Origin: Oikopleura dioica
Lineage: Eukaryota; Animalia; Chordata
NCBI GenBank assembly: GCA_907165135.1
Contig: OU015567.1
Span: 3,596,001-3,660,000 of the forward strand
DNA: 64,000 nucleotides
Direction of reading: 5' to 3'
The position numbers were made by a program, and so were the translations under genes. Of the stretch, positions 49,542 to 62,663 are shown one piece after another. Under the pieces are notes generated by a model. It ran no database searches. It was not told where the DNA came from and saw nothing but the letters and a program-made list of their open reading frames with translations. Numbering within the stretch: position 1 is the stretch's first letter; each line of letters begins with the position of its first letter.

Positions 49542-51135
49542 TTGGATCTTCAATCGGAACTCATCAAATTGAAATTCGCCGAGAAGAGAAAGATACAAAA
49601 TTTTTTCCAGTTGTCGTCATCTGAAAAAGGTCGAAAGAAGGTAACATTTCTGTCATTCAAAATACTTTTGATCATAACAAGCCGTCCTTCTCGAAGAGAG
49701 GATAAGTGCTTTTACTATGCGCCCGATTATAATTTACAACGGTTCGAGGGAGAGTTTGAAAAGCAAGTCTTACATTCGTGAGTGGCCCTCAAATTTGGGG
49801 ATCCCAGTTCTTCTATTAGTAAATGATTTATTTAAAAGGAGCCTTAGCAAGGCCCTCAAACTCTGTCTAAGTTAGCGCAGGGCTTCATAGCTAGCAACCA
49901 CTTTAACGCAAAAGTGTCTTCTGTCAGCTTCAAAGGAGTATTCTACTTGATGAGCGTCAAGTTGGGTGATTATTACATCAAATTATCAACAACAATGGCC
50001 TTGAACAGAATCCGAAAAGACGAAGAATTGGAGAAAGGTTGGAAAAAGAACGAGATTCAAATTCCAAAAGAAATAAGGGACTTGAACCCAGTTCATGTCA
50101 TTTCTTTGAGAGGGGTCATGAATCATCAACTTCTAGTCACAACGATAATTTAATAAAAATACTCGAAACCCCTAAAAGATTGATATGAAGAAACTTCTTT
50201 TAATAATAGTGACAAGAAGTACCGAGCTCTCAAACACACTTTATACTTTGCTCTTGGAGGCAGAAGGAAGATTTCTTACTCTAGGCCGCGAGTGGATCGG
50301 CTCTCTTATTGAATATGAAGAAAAATCAATCTGCTTTTCGGCTTTGTTTGCGGATGATCCCTTCTATACTGATCAAAGAGGATTTAATAATGACGAATGC
50401 GAGTACTTTGGACATGGAATCATTCATGACGAGAAGATTCTCATTCAAAATACTGTTTTTGATATTATTTTTGAAATCAAATATGACTTAGGAGAGGGTA
50501 AGCTAACAAAAATAGCTAACAAAATATAAGCCCGAACTGTATAGTGATTAATAACCCTTTGAAAAGCAAATATTGAGCTCGAATTTGTCCAACAAAGATC
50601 TAAAAAGACAATGCACGTGACCAGCAATCCTGACTTCGCCTTCCATGACGACGTCTTTCCAAATCAATTCTTTAAGAAAGATTTTATCCAAAATCCGTTT
50701 CCACGTCCAGGCCTATACACAGGGGGAAACTTATTCAAAATTATTATTCCCGATTCTTTATTTTCGTCGCTAGACGAGTTGAATCATATTTCGACGATAA
50801 AAATGCCATTGATTAAAAATGCCACAGTGGACCGTTTTGGATTTCAAATTAATGTCAAAGACGAGAAACGAAATTTCAAAGAAACAAAAATTCTTGAAGG
50901 AAATTTTTTGAATGGGAAAAATCTTTTCTCTTTTGGGATCTCTCAAAATGGCTCTCTTTGGATGAATTCTGATTTTGTTGAAAAACCTTATATTTTGAGG
51001 ACGAATGCTGAAAAACTTACAGAAATAATTCTGAATTTCAATTTTGTTGGTACGAATGAATCGTCATTTATCCAAATTTTTGAGGAACAGTTACATTGCA
51101 TAAATAATAAAACAAATAACCCTCGCAATTATTAG
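49542..51135 (+). CDS. Orphan gene X (copy 2), inverted relative to copy 1
   Basis: Paralogous ORFs; upstream non-coding 49,350-49,440 also matches the reverse complement of 42,510-42,610. Confidence 0.6.
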
Positions 51136-51175
51136 CTGATAAAAGTTTTCCGAAGGAGATCAAAATTTCTTCTCA

Positions 51176-52403
51176 GTGATCAATTTCACCAGCCATGAAA
51201 ATGTCACTGATAGAACATTACGAATTTTCAAGATGGACGACTTCACAATAATGAAGAAATTTTTTTTCGAAGAAGTACTTCCGTGTGACAACGATCCATG
51301 TGATGGTCTCGAAAATTGCACAACCCTCGTCGGGGGATGCGGGCAAGCGCCTTCTCGAAACAATCTGATCGAAACGGTGCCCGCCGCCGTCAACTATAAA
51401 TTTTCTGCGGACGTTTATTGCGACCATAGCATGCCTTTTACAAACACACTGGGACATGACTATGACTTTTTAAACATCTTTCATGTGAGCTTAGAAACCA
51501 ACCTGGACCCTGCTGGTGATGGAACTTTCGCACTCTGGCGATATCCCCGCGAAAAAAAACAAGCTCTCCTTTACTTTCAATGATTGGAGCTATGGAATTC
51601 AATCAACAGATTACTTCTGCAAAGACGGTGAGTGGACTACCTACTCTGTTGTCCTAAAACAAAGGAATGACAACCCGAACTACTTGCAGTATAATGTCAG
51701 CATCGATGGTTTAACAAAGAATCAAGGGACGTTCTTTTACAATCCGGTGACAACTGGCGATCTTAAAGTCTTCGTCTCTGACAACTGGAACGAAGCTGGC
51801 TCGGCGTTTTTCGTCCGGAATTTCTACTATCAGACCTTCGCGTTTATTAATAATGACTGCGTGAGCATTTTTGATCCTTGCGATGGAGTTGGGAATTGCT
51901 TAAACATTGTTAACGACTGCGAAATCGTCCCTAGTAAAAATAATTTTCTCACAACCATTCCGGCTGCTTTGAGCTACAAAGCGTCAGCTGAGGTCTTCTG
52001 CGATCATCGCGCGCCAATAAGCTCGGCAGAAACGGCAGTGCTCCGGCTTGGTACTGGTCGAAATTACGGTGCACCCTCTGATCGAGCTTTTCTTATTTTA
52101 AGAGCAGCAGTAAGCAATACTTTGCAGTTTGCTATCAATCATCCAAATGTCGGTGCTCATCAAAGTTATGTGGACTTTGTCTGCACTGACGGTCAATGGA
52201 GCACCTTTACTGTTGAAGTTTCGGATGTTGGAAACGAGCACTTGCACTACGCCGCAAGTATCGACGGTGCGACTGTCATGTCAGGATATTATTCTTCGCG
52301 CGGATCGAAAACTAGCGGCACTCTCTCAGCATACGTCGCGGACAATTTCTACGACCCTGCTTCTGCCTTCAAAGTCCGAAATTTCTATTACCGAATTCTT
52401 TAA
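51176..52403 (+). CDS. Protein with two tandem Cys-knot plus beta-sandwich-like modules; frameshift in an A8 run near 51,555; 5' end probably missing
   Basis: Repeat DPCDGxxNCxxxVxxC..PSxNN..T(V/I)PAAxxYKxSAxVxCDH...FxVRNFYY occurs twice. Confidence 0.65.
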
Positions 52404-53963
52404 GTATAAGGTTTCATTTATTCATATCCTATGTCCCCATGCATCTTAGTCACTCTTACTCTAAGTATCCTTTTTTTAATGATATCGCTGATCAATGATA
52501 AATAAATCTACTCATACCTGGAAAAAAAGCTTTCTGATTTCTCTGAACCTATCGCTGATAATAAAATCTGACCGTCTGACAAGGTAGAACAGACAAAAGT
52601 TATCGTTCGGGAAGCCGCGAAACCAAAATAAAGCAGCTCATTTTTGCCGCTTCCTAGAGAAAAAGAACAAAATATCTTTCGCTTGTGTGTTTCAGGTTTA
52701 TTTAAAGCAGGGCAAATTTATTTTTATACAATGTTCGTTTTCGTCCGTCTTCCATCTCCATTTGCATGAAAACCATCCAGAAGAAGTCGACTTTGAGCTT
52801 TGATCCTCGCAGATTTCGCGTGATCGAAAATTTAAAGCAAAAAAGGGCGCGATATTGAAATTCGACAATAATGAAAGAATATTTACAATTTTGAAAATAA
52901 TTATTTAGCGCAAAAACTTTTCAATCTTTGGCAATTTCTTTTGAATTTTATGATAAATTTATTTCAATTCGACGAAGAAAATCTTCGGCGATTTTACTTT
53001 TGATTCGCTATTTATGAAAAAACAGGCTTCTTATTGGCTCGAATTTCTTAAATGAAAATTCTTAATGAAGATTCAAGCCCAATTAAGAGTTTTTTTCTTT
53101 TTTCTTCTTAGATCTGAAATAAATTATCATAAAATAAACAAAAACTTATTTGCAGCAGCAGCAGGAATTGAGCGATAATATTTGTCTGATTAATGGTTCA
53201 ATTTTTATTCGTTTTATTTGGTTATTGATAATCTTTTGTGAACCCGAATCTTGAGTCTTTAGTAGTAACTGCCTTTTACTGTGCATTCTGCTTTGACAGT
53301 TTCAGGATGCTGCCGCTCGTAGATTTTCAACTCTTTGTAAATGCAGCGCTTGAATTTCTTTCGATTTCCTGAAACAGAACATTTTAGAAACTTTTTTTCT
53401 GCTTTATCATTAGCTTCGAAAATGAGTCATGACTCATGACGAAAGTTTTTCATAAAAAAGGTCTGTTTTTTACAAAAATTGACCATTTATCGTCGGTCAA
53501 AAACACCTTTACCCCGTTAAATAGAAATTAAGGTCGCTTAAATATATAATCCGGCCATTAAGCCCTCCCCGAAAACACTTTTATCGCTTTTAGCTGAAAA
53601 TTGCCTTTATCGCTAATTTGCCAAAATCCGCCTCTGTCAGCAAGAACCTCATCCCAAAATCCTTTTTACGAAAACGTTTGTCCCGAAAGAGCTGTCTCAA
53701 GAAACACTTAGTTCAGTTTGCGGTTAGTGGGAAAGAATTTCTTTTCTTTAAAAATTTTAATTGACAATTTCTTCCTTCTAAAGTTGTCAATGCTACTAAT
53801 TGATATTTGCACGAGTAATTTTGTTAGAATAGAAGAAAGTGACAATTTTGAAGTAATCGTGTTCTTTTTCGTTCTAGTAAAATAACAACCGAGTTCAAAT
53901 AAGAAAACTTCCGAAAGAAAGATTTTTTCTCCAGAAAAAAAGGGTTTTTTTAATAAAAGCTCT

Positions 53964-55705
53964 CTAAAAGAACGATAACAATAATATCCATTCGTGAGTT
54001 TCTATTAGTCCGATTGCATCAATCTCAAGAGCCTCCACTTTCGCTGCTTCCTGCTGATTTCTCACCTCTGAGCTCGAATTTTGCATCGCAATCGCTTCTA
54101 CAAAGCAAAACCGCCATTGCCCAGCACTCGCCGATTTCTGCCGGGCAAAAGGGATCCACGACGCTTCCACAGTGACTCTGCCACTGAGCAGCCCACTCTG
54201 AAGCCATCATGTCTTCTTGCTGTTTCGCTCTCAAAGGAGTTCGCTTCTTTTCTCGGAGACATTTCAAAACGCCGTTTGTAAAATCCGCCATTAATTCTTC
54301 GCCAATTGCGCGTTGCATCGGATGTGCTTCCTGAAAACAGTACGAAATTAATTCCAGTCCAAAGCTTTTACACCGGAAATGGATTTTTCAGGTCAAAAAC
54401 GACTTTGAAGCTTCATTTTTGGAGGTCTCGACTCTTTTACCCTCAAAATCGGGGCGCACTGGTTATGTCGCCGAATGTCGCCGAATGTCGCCGAATGTCG
54501 CCGAATGTCGCCGAATGTCGCTGAATGTCGCCGAATGTCGCCGAATGTCGCCGAATGTCGCCACTTATTTTCAAAATATTGGGATTATGAAAGAAAAATT
54601 GTTTTTTTGGCCTAAATTTTCAAAACAAACTTGTTCTAGAAACGAAAAAGGCGGAAATAGTAGGAGGCGCGGCAATAGAAGTGAGTCCAGCCCGACGAGT
54701 GAGTTTCCTACCACAAATCGCGCGGAGCGCTTCCTGGTCTCGTAATTATGCCAAAACAATTCTAGAACAGGTTTGTTTTGAAATTTCTTGGTTAAAAACA
54801 AGTTTTCTCTTCAAAAATCCTGGTTTTAGAAAAAGGTGGCGACATTCGGCGACATTCGGCGACATTCGGCGACATTCGGCGACATTCGGCGACATTCAGC
54901 GACATTCGGCGACATAACCAGTGTCGACCTCAAAATCGGGAAGGATGCAATTAGCCTGGGTCTCAGACCCAGGATTCATTTCAAAAGTGACGCCTGGGTA
55001 TGAGACCCAGGATTCGTTTCAGAAGGGACGCCTGGGTCCTATACCCAGGATTCCTCCAGAAAAGTGACGCCTGGGTACAAAATCAGTAAAAGAGCAATAG
55101 AATAAGAAAAAGAGTACCTACTCCAAAAAAAAATTCAAAGGGAGTCTAGTATTTACTAGAATTAGGGTTAGTGTTAGGGGGCACCTGCAAAAATGACCGT
55201 AGGTAACCCTAAGTAACCATAGACTAGACCCCGGCATTTTAGGGCCTAAGGGGCGAAGCCCCGTGGCAAAGGGCACTCAGATTTGAATGTATTTTCAAAG
55301 AATCAATCAAAAAGTCTGAATAAGTGCTTGTCATTTGATTCTGTACCCAGGCGTCACTTTTCTAGAGGAATCCTGGGTATTGGACCCAGGCGTCCCTTCT
55401 GAAACGAATCCTGGGTCTCATACCCAGGCGTCACTTTTGAAATGAATCCTGGGTCTGAGACCCAGGCTAATTGTATACTTCCCAAAATCGCTCTTCAAAA
55501 TTGTGATTTTTGTCAAAAATGTGCGAAAAATCTTACCCTTTCTCCCATTCCAAATTTATTTGGTGCTCTTCTGAAAGCATTTGCGATATTCTCAGTTGTG
55601 CTCGTCACAATTTGACCAAAAATAGAACTGCTGGCATCTGAAGGGCTATTAGTCGGTGTGTTCTGACAGGCTCCTGAGAATCCAGCGAGAATTGATAGAA
55701 GTTTC
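53964..55705 (-). CDS. Possible secreted protein, with exons separated by MITE-filled introns
   Basis: Signal-peptide-like MKLLSILAGFSGA and a Cys-containing exon at 54,025-54,318; joining not verified. Confidence 0.3.
54457..54923. mobile_element. MITE with CACTGG termini and 10-bp (GTCGCCGAAT)n subterminal arrays
   Basis: CACTGGTTATGTCGCCGAAT... and ...ATTCGGCGACATAACCAGTG are reverse complements; no clear TSD. Confidence 0.8.
54938..55483. mobile_element. Foldback MITE, ~145-bp TIRs built of CCTGGGT..ACCCAGG hairpins, 6-bp flanking AAAATC duplication
   Basis: AAAATC|GGGAAG..CAATTAGCCTGGG ... CCCAGGCTAATTG..CTTCCC|AAAATC. Confidence 0.85.
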
Positions 55706-58700
55706 ATCTTTTTGTTTTCTGCCTCTCTCTTCTTCAAATTCTCTTATTCGCGAAACTTTCAATGGGCCCTAAAAAGAAACAACTCTTTCGATAAATCGAC
55801 GGTCAACACGAAAAATACAGCGAGTCGAGGAGCGATGGGATTTTTTTTTCGCGAGGGCGCTCACGAGCAGGCCCGCGGAGGTTTCGCGATAGAGATCCCT
55901 TTTTTCGCGAAACAAGAGAAGAGGGTTGGGAGAAGTTCAAATTCACCAGCGATGCGTTAAATCGATGATTAATCGTTTAGAATTTCAAGCACCGACGAAA
56001 TCAGAATCTTTTTTGAATCAAAAAATTAAAAGAAGATAAAATTTCTCGTTTTTCAATCGTCCCGAGTTCTTAATTAAATTGAGGGTGCCCTTGTTCATCC
56101 CTGACTCTGTGCAGGTATTCCCTTGTTAATTCTTGAGCCACGTAGCTAAAAGAATGAAAAACTGGGACCCCTTTTTAGTAATAACGAAAAGGAAAAACTC
56201 TTCAGCAAGATTAATGTTCTATTTCAACAAGAATTTTTGCAGATGTAAAACCCAGATTGAGGGTAAAACTTATTCAGTAAGATGGTTTGGAAGATGTTTT
56301 GTTTTGGCGAGGAAAAGTTTCTTGCTGCTTTATTCTTCGGAGTGCGGAGGATAAGGCGATAAGTGCCAGAGTGCTGCTCCGGATTTTACTTTTGCGACAG
56401 CTGCTTCCGTACTCTCAACAAAAGAACTTCGACGCGCGAAAATTGGGCATCCTCTGCGCTTTAGAAGAACGACTGAGGAATCGACTGAAGAACGAAGCCA
56501 TTATCAGATGAACCCTCAAAACTTGGGAAAAAGTCGAGCACACGTGTTTACCTCTTATCAAATTCAAAAAATAAGCGATAAGGGAAAAGAACAATATTTC
56601 GCGCGAAAATTGACTTTCGCGTTAAAAATTAGAGCAATCTTGTTTCTCTTCCTTTTTTCGATAAGAACGTGAGTTCACTCTTGTTTTCTTTCCTTTCGAA
56701 TTATCAAAAAACTGTGGAAACAAAAAAGCCACAATTTTGTTGCAATTGAAAATTTAACTCGGGCACAGCTGATATGATTCGATTGCGGAAGGAGTTTTCC
56801 GGAACGAGCATTTTTTGCGCTTTTCTGGTTTTGCGAGAGAAGCGTTTTTTAAAACCAGAATGGGAATATTGAGTTAAACCGTTCGTGGAGAAAAATAAGG
56901 AGAATCCGGGTCGAAAAGGGTTCAAGAAAGAATAAGGAGCAGGTTTTGAGTGGCTCATGAATCATGATTCAAAATAGACTAAATGGAAATTTTCAACCAA
57001 TCAGAAGCCTGAATTCTAGAAACCGGCCAATTAGGAGCCGAGAAGCCGCCCACGCAAAAATTTTCGAGGTTTTTTCCATGCAAAAATTTTCGATTCGTGA
57101 TGACTCCCCTAAAAATCATTTAAAATTTTCCTCTTTTTCTTCCTTAAATTTATTCAATTGGATTGATTTCTAATGAGCCGGTCCGGAAAAATTGGCTTTT
57201 CTGATAATCCGACCGGGCGAGCGTCACCAAACTCATTTTAAAATGAACGTAATCGTATCAGCAAAATTTTTGATTTTGATCCTAAGAGGGCTCTAGAATC
57301 ATTCGGAAGTTCGGCATCAAACATACGGTCTAAGAACTTCGCAAACGCGAGGAAAGAGGGACTCGCGGTTTATTTTTGATGGTTTCTTTGAACTTGAAAA
57401 TTTTTAACTGAAACTCGAATTGAGACTTACTGTCAAGCCCCCTTGTCAAAAAATGACGATGATAGTGAAGAGCACGTACGCTGGGTCTTAGGCGGAGTTT
57501 AAGACGAAAAGCCGCGGTCAAGTTGACGTGATCCACGCGAAAATGATTTTGCTCAATTTTCGCATTTTAGCAGTCTTCCGCGAAATGCATCTTTTTCTTC
57601 TTCGACCTGAATAAAATCGCTTTAGAGGGCCCTCCTTGTCGGGTATTCGAGAATAACAGAAGCGCTTTATAAGCCAAAATTTGACGGGAAACATTTCCGG
57701 ATTAAATTTATAATTTCAGAAAGAAGCAGCTTTGTATTTTTGACACAAAACAAAAAATCCCTTCAAAGATTTTTCATCTTTTTTGGGTCCTTTTTAAATA
57801 GTGGATCGCCCAGTCTCCCCGGTAATTTAAAATTAAACGCGATAAGAGACGAAAGCGGGTGTCGAATAACCGGTGAAGCTGCTGGAGAGTACTTTACCCT
57901 TAGACTGTTAATGAGCCCAAACCTCCTCCGCCGAGGACCTCCTGCCCGATAAAACGACACGTTGTCGTAATCAACGGTGTGTATAGGAATTCTACGAGAC
58001 TCACTCGGAGCGATTTTGCCTGTTAGAGATATCACTGATATCATATCGGAAATAATTGCGGTTAGGGTTGAGATTATTTATGGTTGACTGCCAGCCACTT
58101 TCGAGGAGGGAAAAGATTTAAATGAATTAAAAAAACAATTAAATAATTAATTATATACTTCATAAATTTATTAATTAAAATAATTTTAATTTTAAAAAAA
58201 TTTATTTAAAAAATTTTTCATTTTTTTATTGGTAGAATTTTTTTTGTATTTTTCGGAAATCAGAGTTTTGAAGGGTAGACCCTTAAGATTAACATATTTT
58301 TTGAAGATTTTCATGAAAAAGAACTTTCACTTTCTCCTGATTTTTAGAGGCAAATGAAGAATTTCGTGGCGAATGAAAGGCGCTCTAAGAAACTTTTGAA
58401 AAGTTAGATAAACGCTGTGACGAGCCTAAATTGGCGGCTATTATAGGATGACGGAAAAGCTGACAAATCCGACATGTTCCGGAAGTGCCAGTCCACTGCT
58501 GCTTTTTAGGATTTAGAATATTTGCCTCGCACTCGACTCAAATCTCTTCCGACACTGGATTTTGACCTAAATAAGGGTTTTTATTAAATTTTTAGAAAAA
58601 AAAGGAGAAAAATTTTGGACGTGAACGTTTTTTCGAGTTTTTGCTTGAAAGGGCGAATTTTATCAAGTTTAAACTCGTTATAGAATATTTTGCTTTGGCT

Positions 58701-59409
58701 GAATAAGCCGCCGTCCGTTCGCCTCTGATCGCGCTCGGCTCCGATTTATTTCCAAACTGCGCTTAGCCACGTTACGCAGCCCAGCTTTGCAATTTAATCG
58801 CTGCTCGCTTATTTTCGCTTCGCACGTTTTCGAATATTTTTTGTTGTTTTCGATTTCCAGCGAATTGAATTGAGCTCAATTTAATCTCAAAGAAAGCGTT
58901 TTTTTGGCAGCATATTTTTTGAAAACTCAGGGCCCTGACTCAGGTTTTCCTTAAATTCCCGAGTCGATTTTTCAAGTTCTGGGCCACTTTTATTAGAGCC
59001 TTGTTTTTGAATTCTGAATTCAGCAAGCATCGTGTTTACAATCTAAATTCATGAAATACACTTCCATTCTGGAGCTTTTCTCCTTGAGTTTTGGGATTTT
59101 GCAATCTCGCAAAAGCTTTTTTTACATGAAAGAATGAAAAATCTCTTTTCGGAACAGAAAGCGCTGCAGCTTGGTTGGCGGCCACAATCTGGTTAGGGAC
59201 GAGCTAACGACACCTTCCTTGGCAAATTATTCTACGCCCATGACGCCCTTGAATATCCTTTCGTCGCGTTCTGATTTTTCCCTCTTCAGCGAAAAATTTT
59301 TTGAAAAAGCGACCGGTGAATAAAATTGCCCGAAAAAATTAATCGTAAGCAGAAACTTTTATTAAATCAATTTAATGAGGAAAATAAATAAACGTAACTG
59401 ATTTTTTCT

Positions 59410-62400
59410 TTAATTATTCTTCTGGAAATTAGGAGGCGCGAATCCGTTCAGTTCAGGATAATACGTACAACGGTCAGAAGTAATTGTTATTGAGTACGCT
59501 CTTTGAAGAAGATGCCATTCACCCTTTTCCATAAGTCCTTCATTTGTTTTTTCGTTGACAAGGCAACACGAGGCATTGTTTGGTCCAAAATATACGTAAT
59601 CTTTATTTTCTTTAAAACGTTCCCGAATTTCGCTCTCGAATGTGTAGTAAGGTCGGTTTTTTGGAATTATCACGATGGAATTAGGATCATTGATCAAATT
59701 GTTCATAAGAATATATTCATTGCTATTTTCACGATCGATTACCATCTGATGTAAGACGGGAGGTCCCTTCTCATAAAGACAAGCGCAGGTAACAGTTAAT
59801 GGACATTTGACTTGAAAATTGTCATGGAGCAAAACTGAAAGTTCCTATATAAGATTCAAATCGGTATATATACCTTCTTCATATTCAAATTTCAAATTAT
59901 TCATGGCTTGTGGAGGATTCGCTATATGTTGGATTATATTCCATCCACTTTTATTCACATAAGTTGGAAATTCCAATCGTTTAAGGAGCAATTTTAACTC
60001 GTGTGGTTGAAAGCTTTGGCTGCCGATTTCCGTTTTAACTCATAAAATTTAATTCACTACAAGTTAAAAAGAACTTTGATAAAGTGAAACTGTACACGGT
60101 TTAATTTTTTAGATTTCGACTTTGGTCATTATAATATAAAAATAGGCTGCCTTCCTTTGGTAATCCTTTTCTTCATCATTCGGATTGAGATTGAAGCCTG
60201 CCAAGCTGCGCGGATAAATAACCATTGTCAAAGCGTAAAAAATATTCTCTATCGTAAGAAATTTGCCATCGTGGTGATAAAGCCGGTAATGTATCTCATT
60301 TTTTAAGATTGATCCAAGAAGCAAATAAGAAAAAGACAGTGGCACACAAAGCTCGGTATCATCTGGTTGCTCAATAATGGCCTTTGGTAAATTTTCAATA
60401 TAACGTTCATAGAATTTATCCAAAGAGCGTTTTAAGTAGGAAACATCAGTTGATTTTGTCAAATTTCGATCGTTTAAGCAAAGCTCCGGGAGCTTATGTG
60501 TTATTGTTACGATTCCGGTAATGCTTTTAATTTCGGCTTCTGTCGGAATTTTTGATAGCCATTTTGCATTAAATGCCTTGAAAAATCAATTAAATAGACA
60601 TTTATTCTTAGCTACCATTATTTCTCTATGAACACATTTATACTCATGAGAATCCAATGGACAAAAAAGAAGACTCCAAGCTGTGACCCAATCGCAAAAA
60701 ATAAAAACATAAATACTGTTGTTCGCTTGACCAGACCGGGATATAATTTGAGAGAGTGAACAAAAAGCAGGTGATCCCGAATCTAAATTTAACATCAAAT
60801 TTATGAACTCAAATCAAGACTAACAAAGATATGACGAGTATCTATATTTGCTACCCCTTCTCGCGTATCCCATGTCCCGATAGCTTTTCCTTCCGCTGCG
60901 TTCTTCAATTACCCCGAAGTCAGTTATTTTTGGCACTCCATTTTTCAGCAGCACGTTTTCTGGTTTCAAATCTTTATGAACAATGTGAGCTGTTTCTTCA
61001 AGATATTTGGTTCCTCGAAGAACACCTCGTGCAAAATCCTTGCGGTCTTTTAGTGGCGGATTTTTCTTTAAGGATATAGCCGTTCTCAAGGCACTTTCGT
61101 AGCGCCAAAAGGGGACGATAAATTTTTTTCATTTCAAAAAGAGCCCTACCTAAAATTGCCTAAGAAACCCGATTCTTGTGTTCTTTTTAATTTTTTAATG
61201 GAAAAATTTCTCTCTAGAGCAATTTTAAATCTTACGATCACTTTTTCTCGAGAATTTTTCATTAAATCGGTCGAGTTTTTTTGATAAATTAAAAATTTGG
61301 ACCTTTCTCTACATTCCTAGGGTCTAAAGTTTAATATATTCCAATTATTTATGATTCTAGAGCCATTTTTATGAGGCTTACTTGAGTACGCCGAAGCGTC
61401 AGACAGCGCTTTGGTTTGCTGCGCTGGGCGCCCTCCTCCATCGCGGGGTGAGGCGCGCATGTGAAAGAGCGCGCTGATTGGCCGAGCGCTCTGAACGCAG
61501 CATTTATGAAAAAGAAGAGCCAAAAAGAAGAAGACGCTAGAATGAAAATTTGCTCGGGTTTTGTAATTTTGAGGCCCTAGGAAGATAGATTAGCAGTTAT
61601 CTATAATAATACACGGTTTAGTTTTAGCGATTTAATTGAAAAATTTCGAGAAAAAGTGATCGTAAGATTTCAAATCGCTCCAGAGAGAAATTTTCTTCGA
61701 AAAAAATTTTAAAAAACATCAGAATCGAATTCTAGACATAATTTTAGGTAGGACCTGTCTTGAAATGATAAAATTTTATCGTCCCATCTCGGCGCTACGA
61801 AAGTGCCTTGAGAACGGCTATATCCTTAACCTCTTTCTAAGATCTTCATCGCATCTTTCCATAATTGTTATCCAACCAAGACAATCTTCGCAATCAACAT
61901 CGTCGAAAAGAAAAATTTCAACATTAGCAAATATTTTCACAATATTTTCATGGCAAGGTATACATCCACTTTCTTGATAACAAAATGCTCCAACGTCCAT
62001 ATCGTCATAACACCGCTGCTCGATTTCAGTATACTCAGAGGCGACATTGATTTTAGTTCTAAGCTTTATCATTGATTTATCATCCTGATCATCAACATAA
62101 TTTTGAATTTTAGGAAAAACAGTCGATTTAGTAAAGAGCGCTGGATCAAATGCTTGAACTCTGACTGCAACATCAGAACCTTCAATCTTTTCGGCAACCA
62201 CTATTGCTTCTCCTCCTGTTGAAATTTTTCTTTCTTCTGTAAAATCATCAAGATTCCAATTTCCTTCTTCAGGCTGCAACTCGGATCGCTTGATTATTTT
62301 ATCCCAAAGATCGGTATCTTTTTCGAGAATTTTTCTTTGAAATAAAGTTCTTTTCACTTCAACGCCATGGAAGCCGTATTTTTTCAATTCGTTGACGCCT

Positions 62401-62663
62401 TTTTCTCTTGTATAGCACTGTTTTCTATATTTTTCACTCTCCCTCTTTTCCCACAACCATCCTTCAGTATCATTTTTTCCGGTATCAAAATATCTCCATT
62501 GAGCATCAACAGGACTTTCGAAATCAACTCTCTCAACAGATAAAATTAATCTGTCCTTATCGTTTCTTGTGGTTTCTCGTTTAAGTTTCGGAATAAATGT
62601 CTCAAGCCATATTTTAACGCTATCTCGTGACAACGAGGTAGGACTCATTGAAGAAAAGAACAA
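59410..62663 (-). CDS. Divergent protein kinase, multi-exon, interrupted by a TTAA MITE
   Basis: ISTGGEAIV (Gly-rich loop), HENIVK, IMERCDEDL, HKDLKPENVL, KITDFG, YSGSPAF. Confidence 0.85.
61072..61825. mobile_element. Non-autonomous TIR element, 754 bp, TTAA TSD, GG termini (Kolobok-like)
   Basis: TTAA|GGATATAGCCGTTCTCAAGGCACTTTCGTAGCGCC ... GGCGCTACGAAAGTGCCTTGAGAACGGCTATATCC|TTAA; removing it restores the reading DLRKRLKKNPP. Confidence 0.9.

Noticed and set aside
54465-54915. ORFs made of SPNVAECRRM repeats
   Set aside because: They are translations of the 10-bp subterminal repeats of a MITE.
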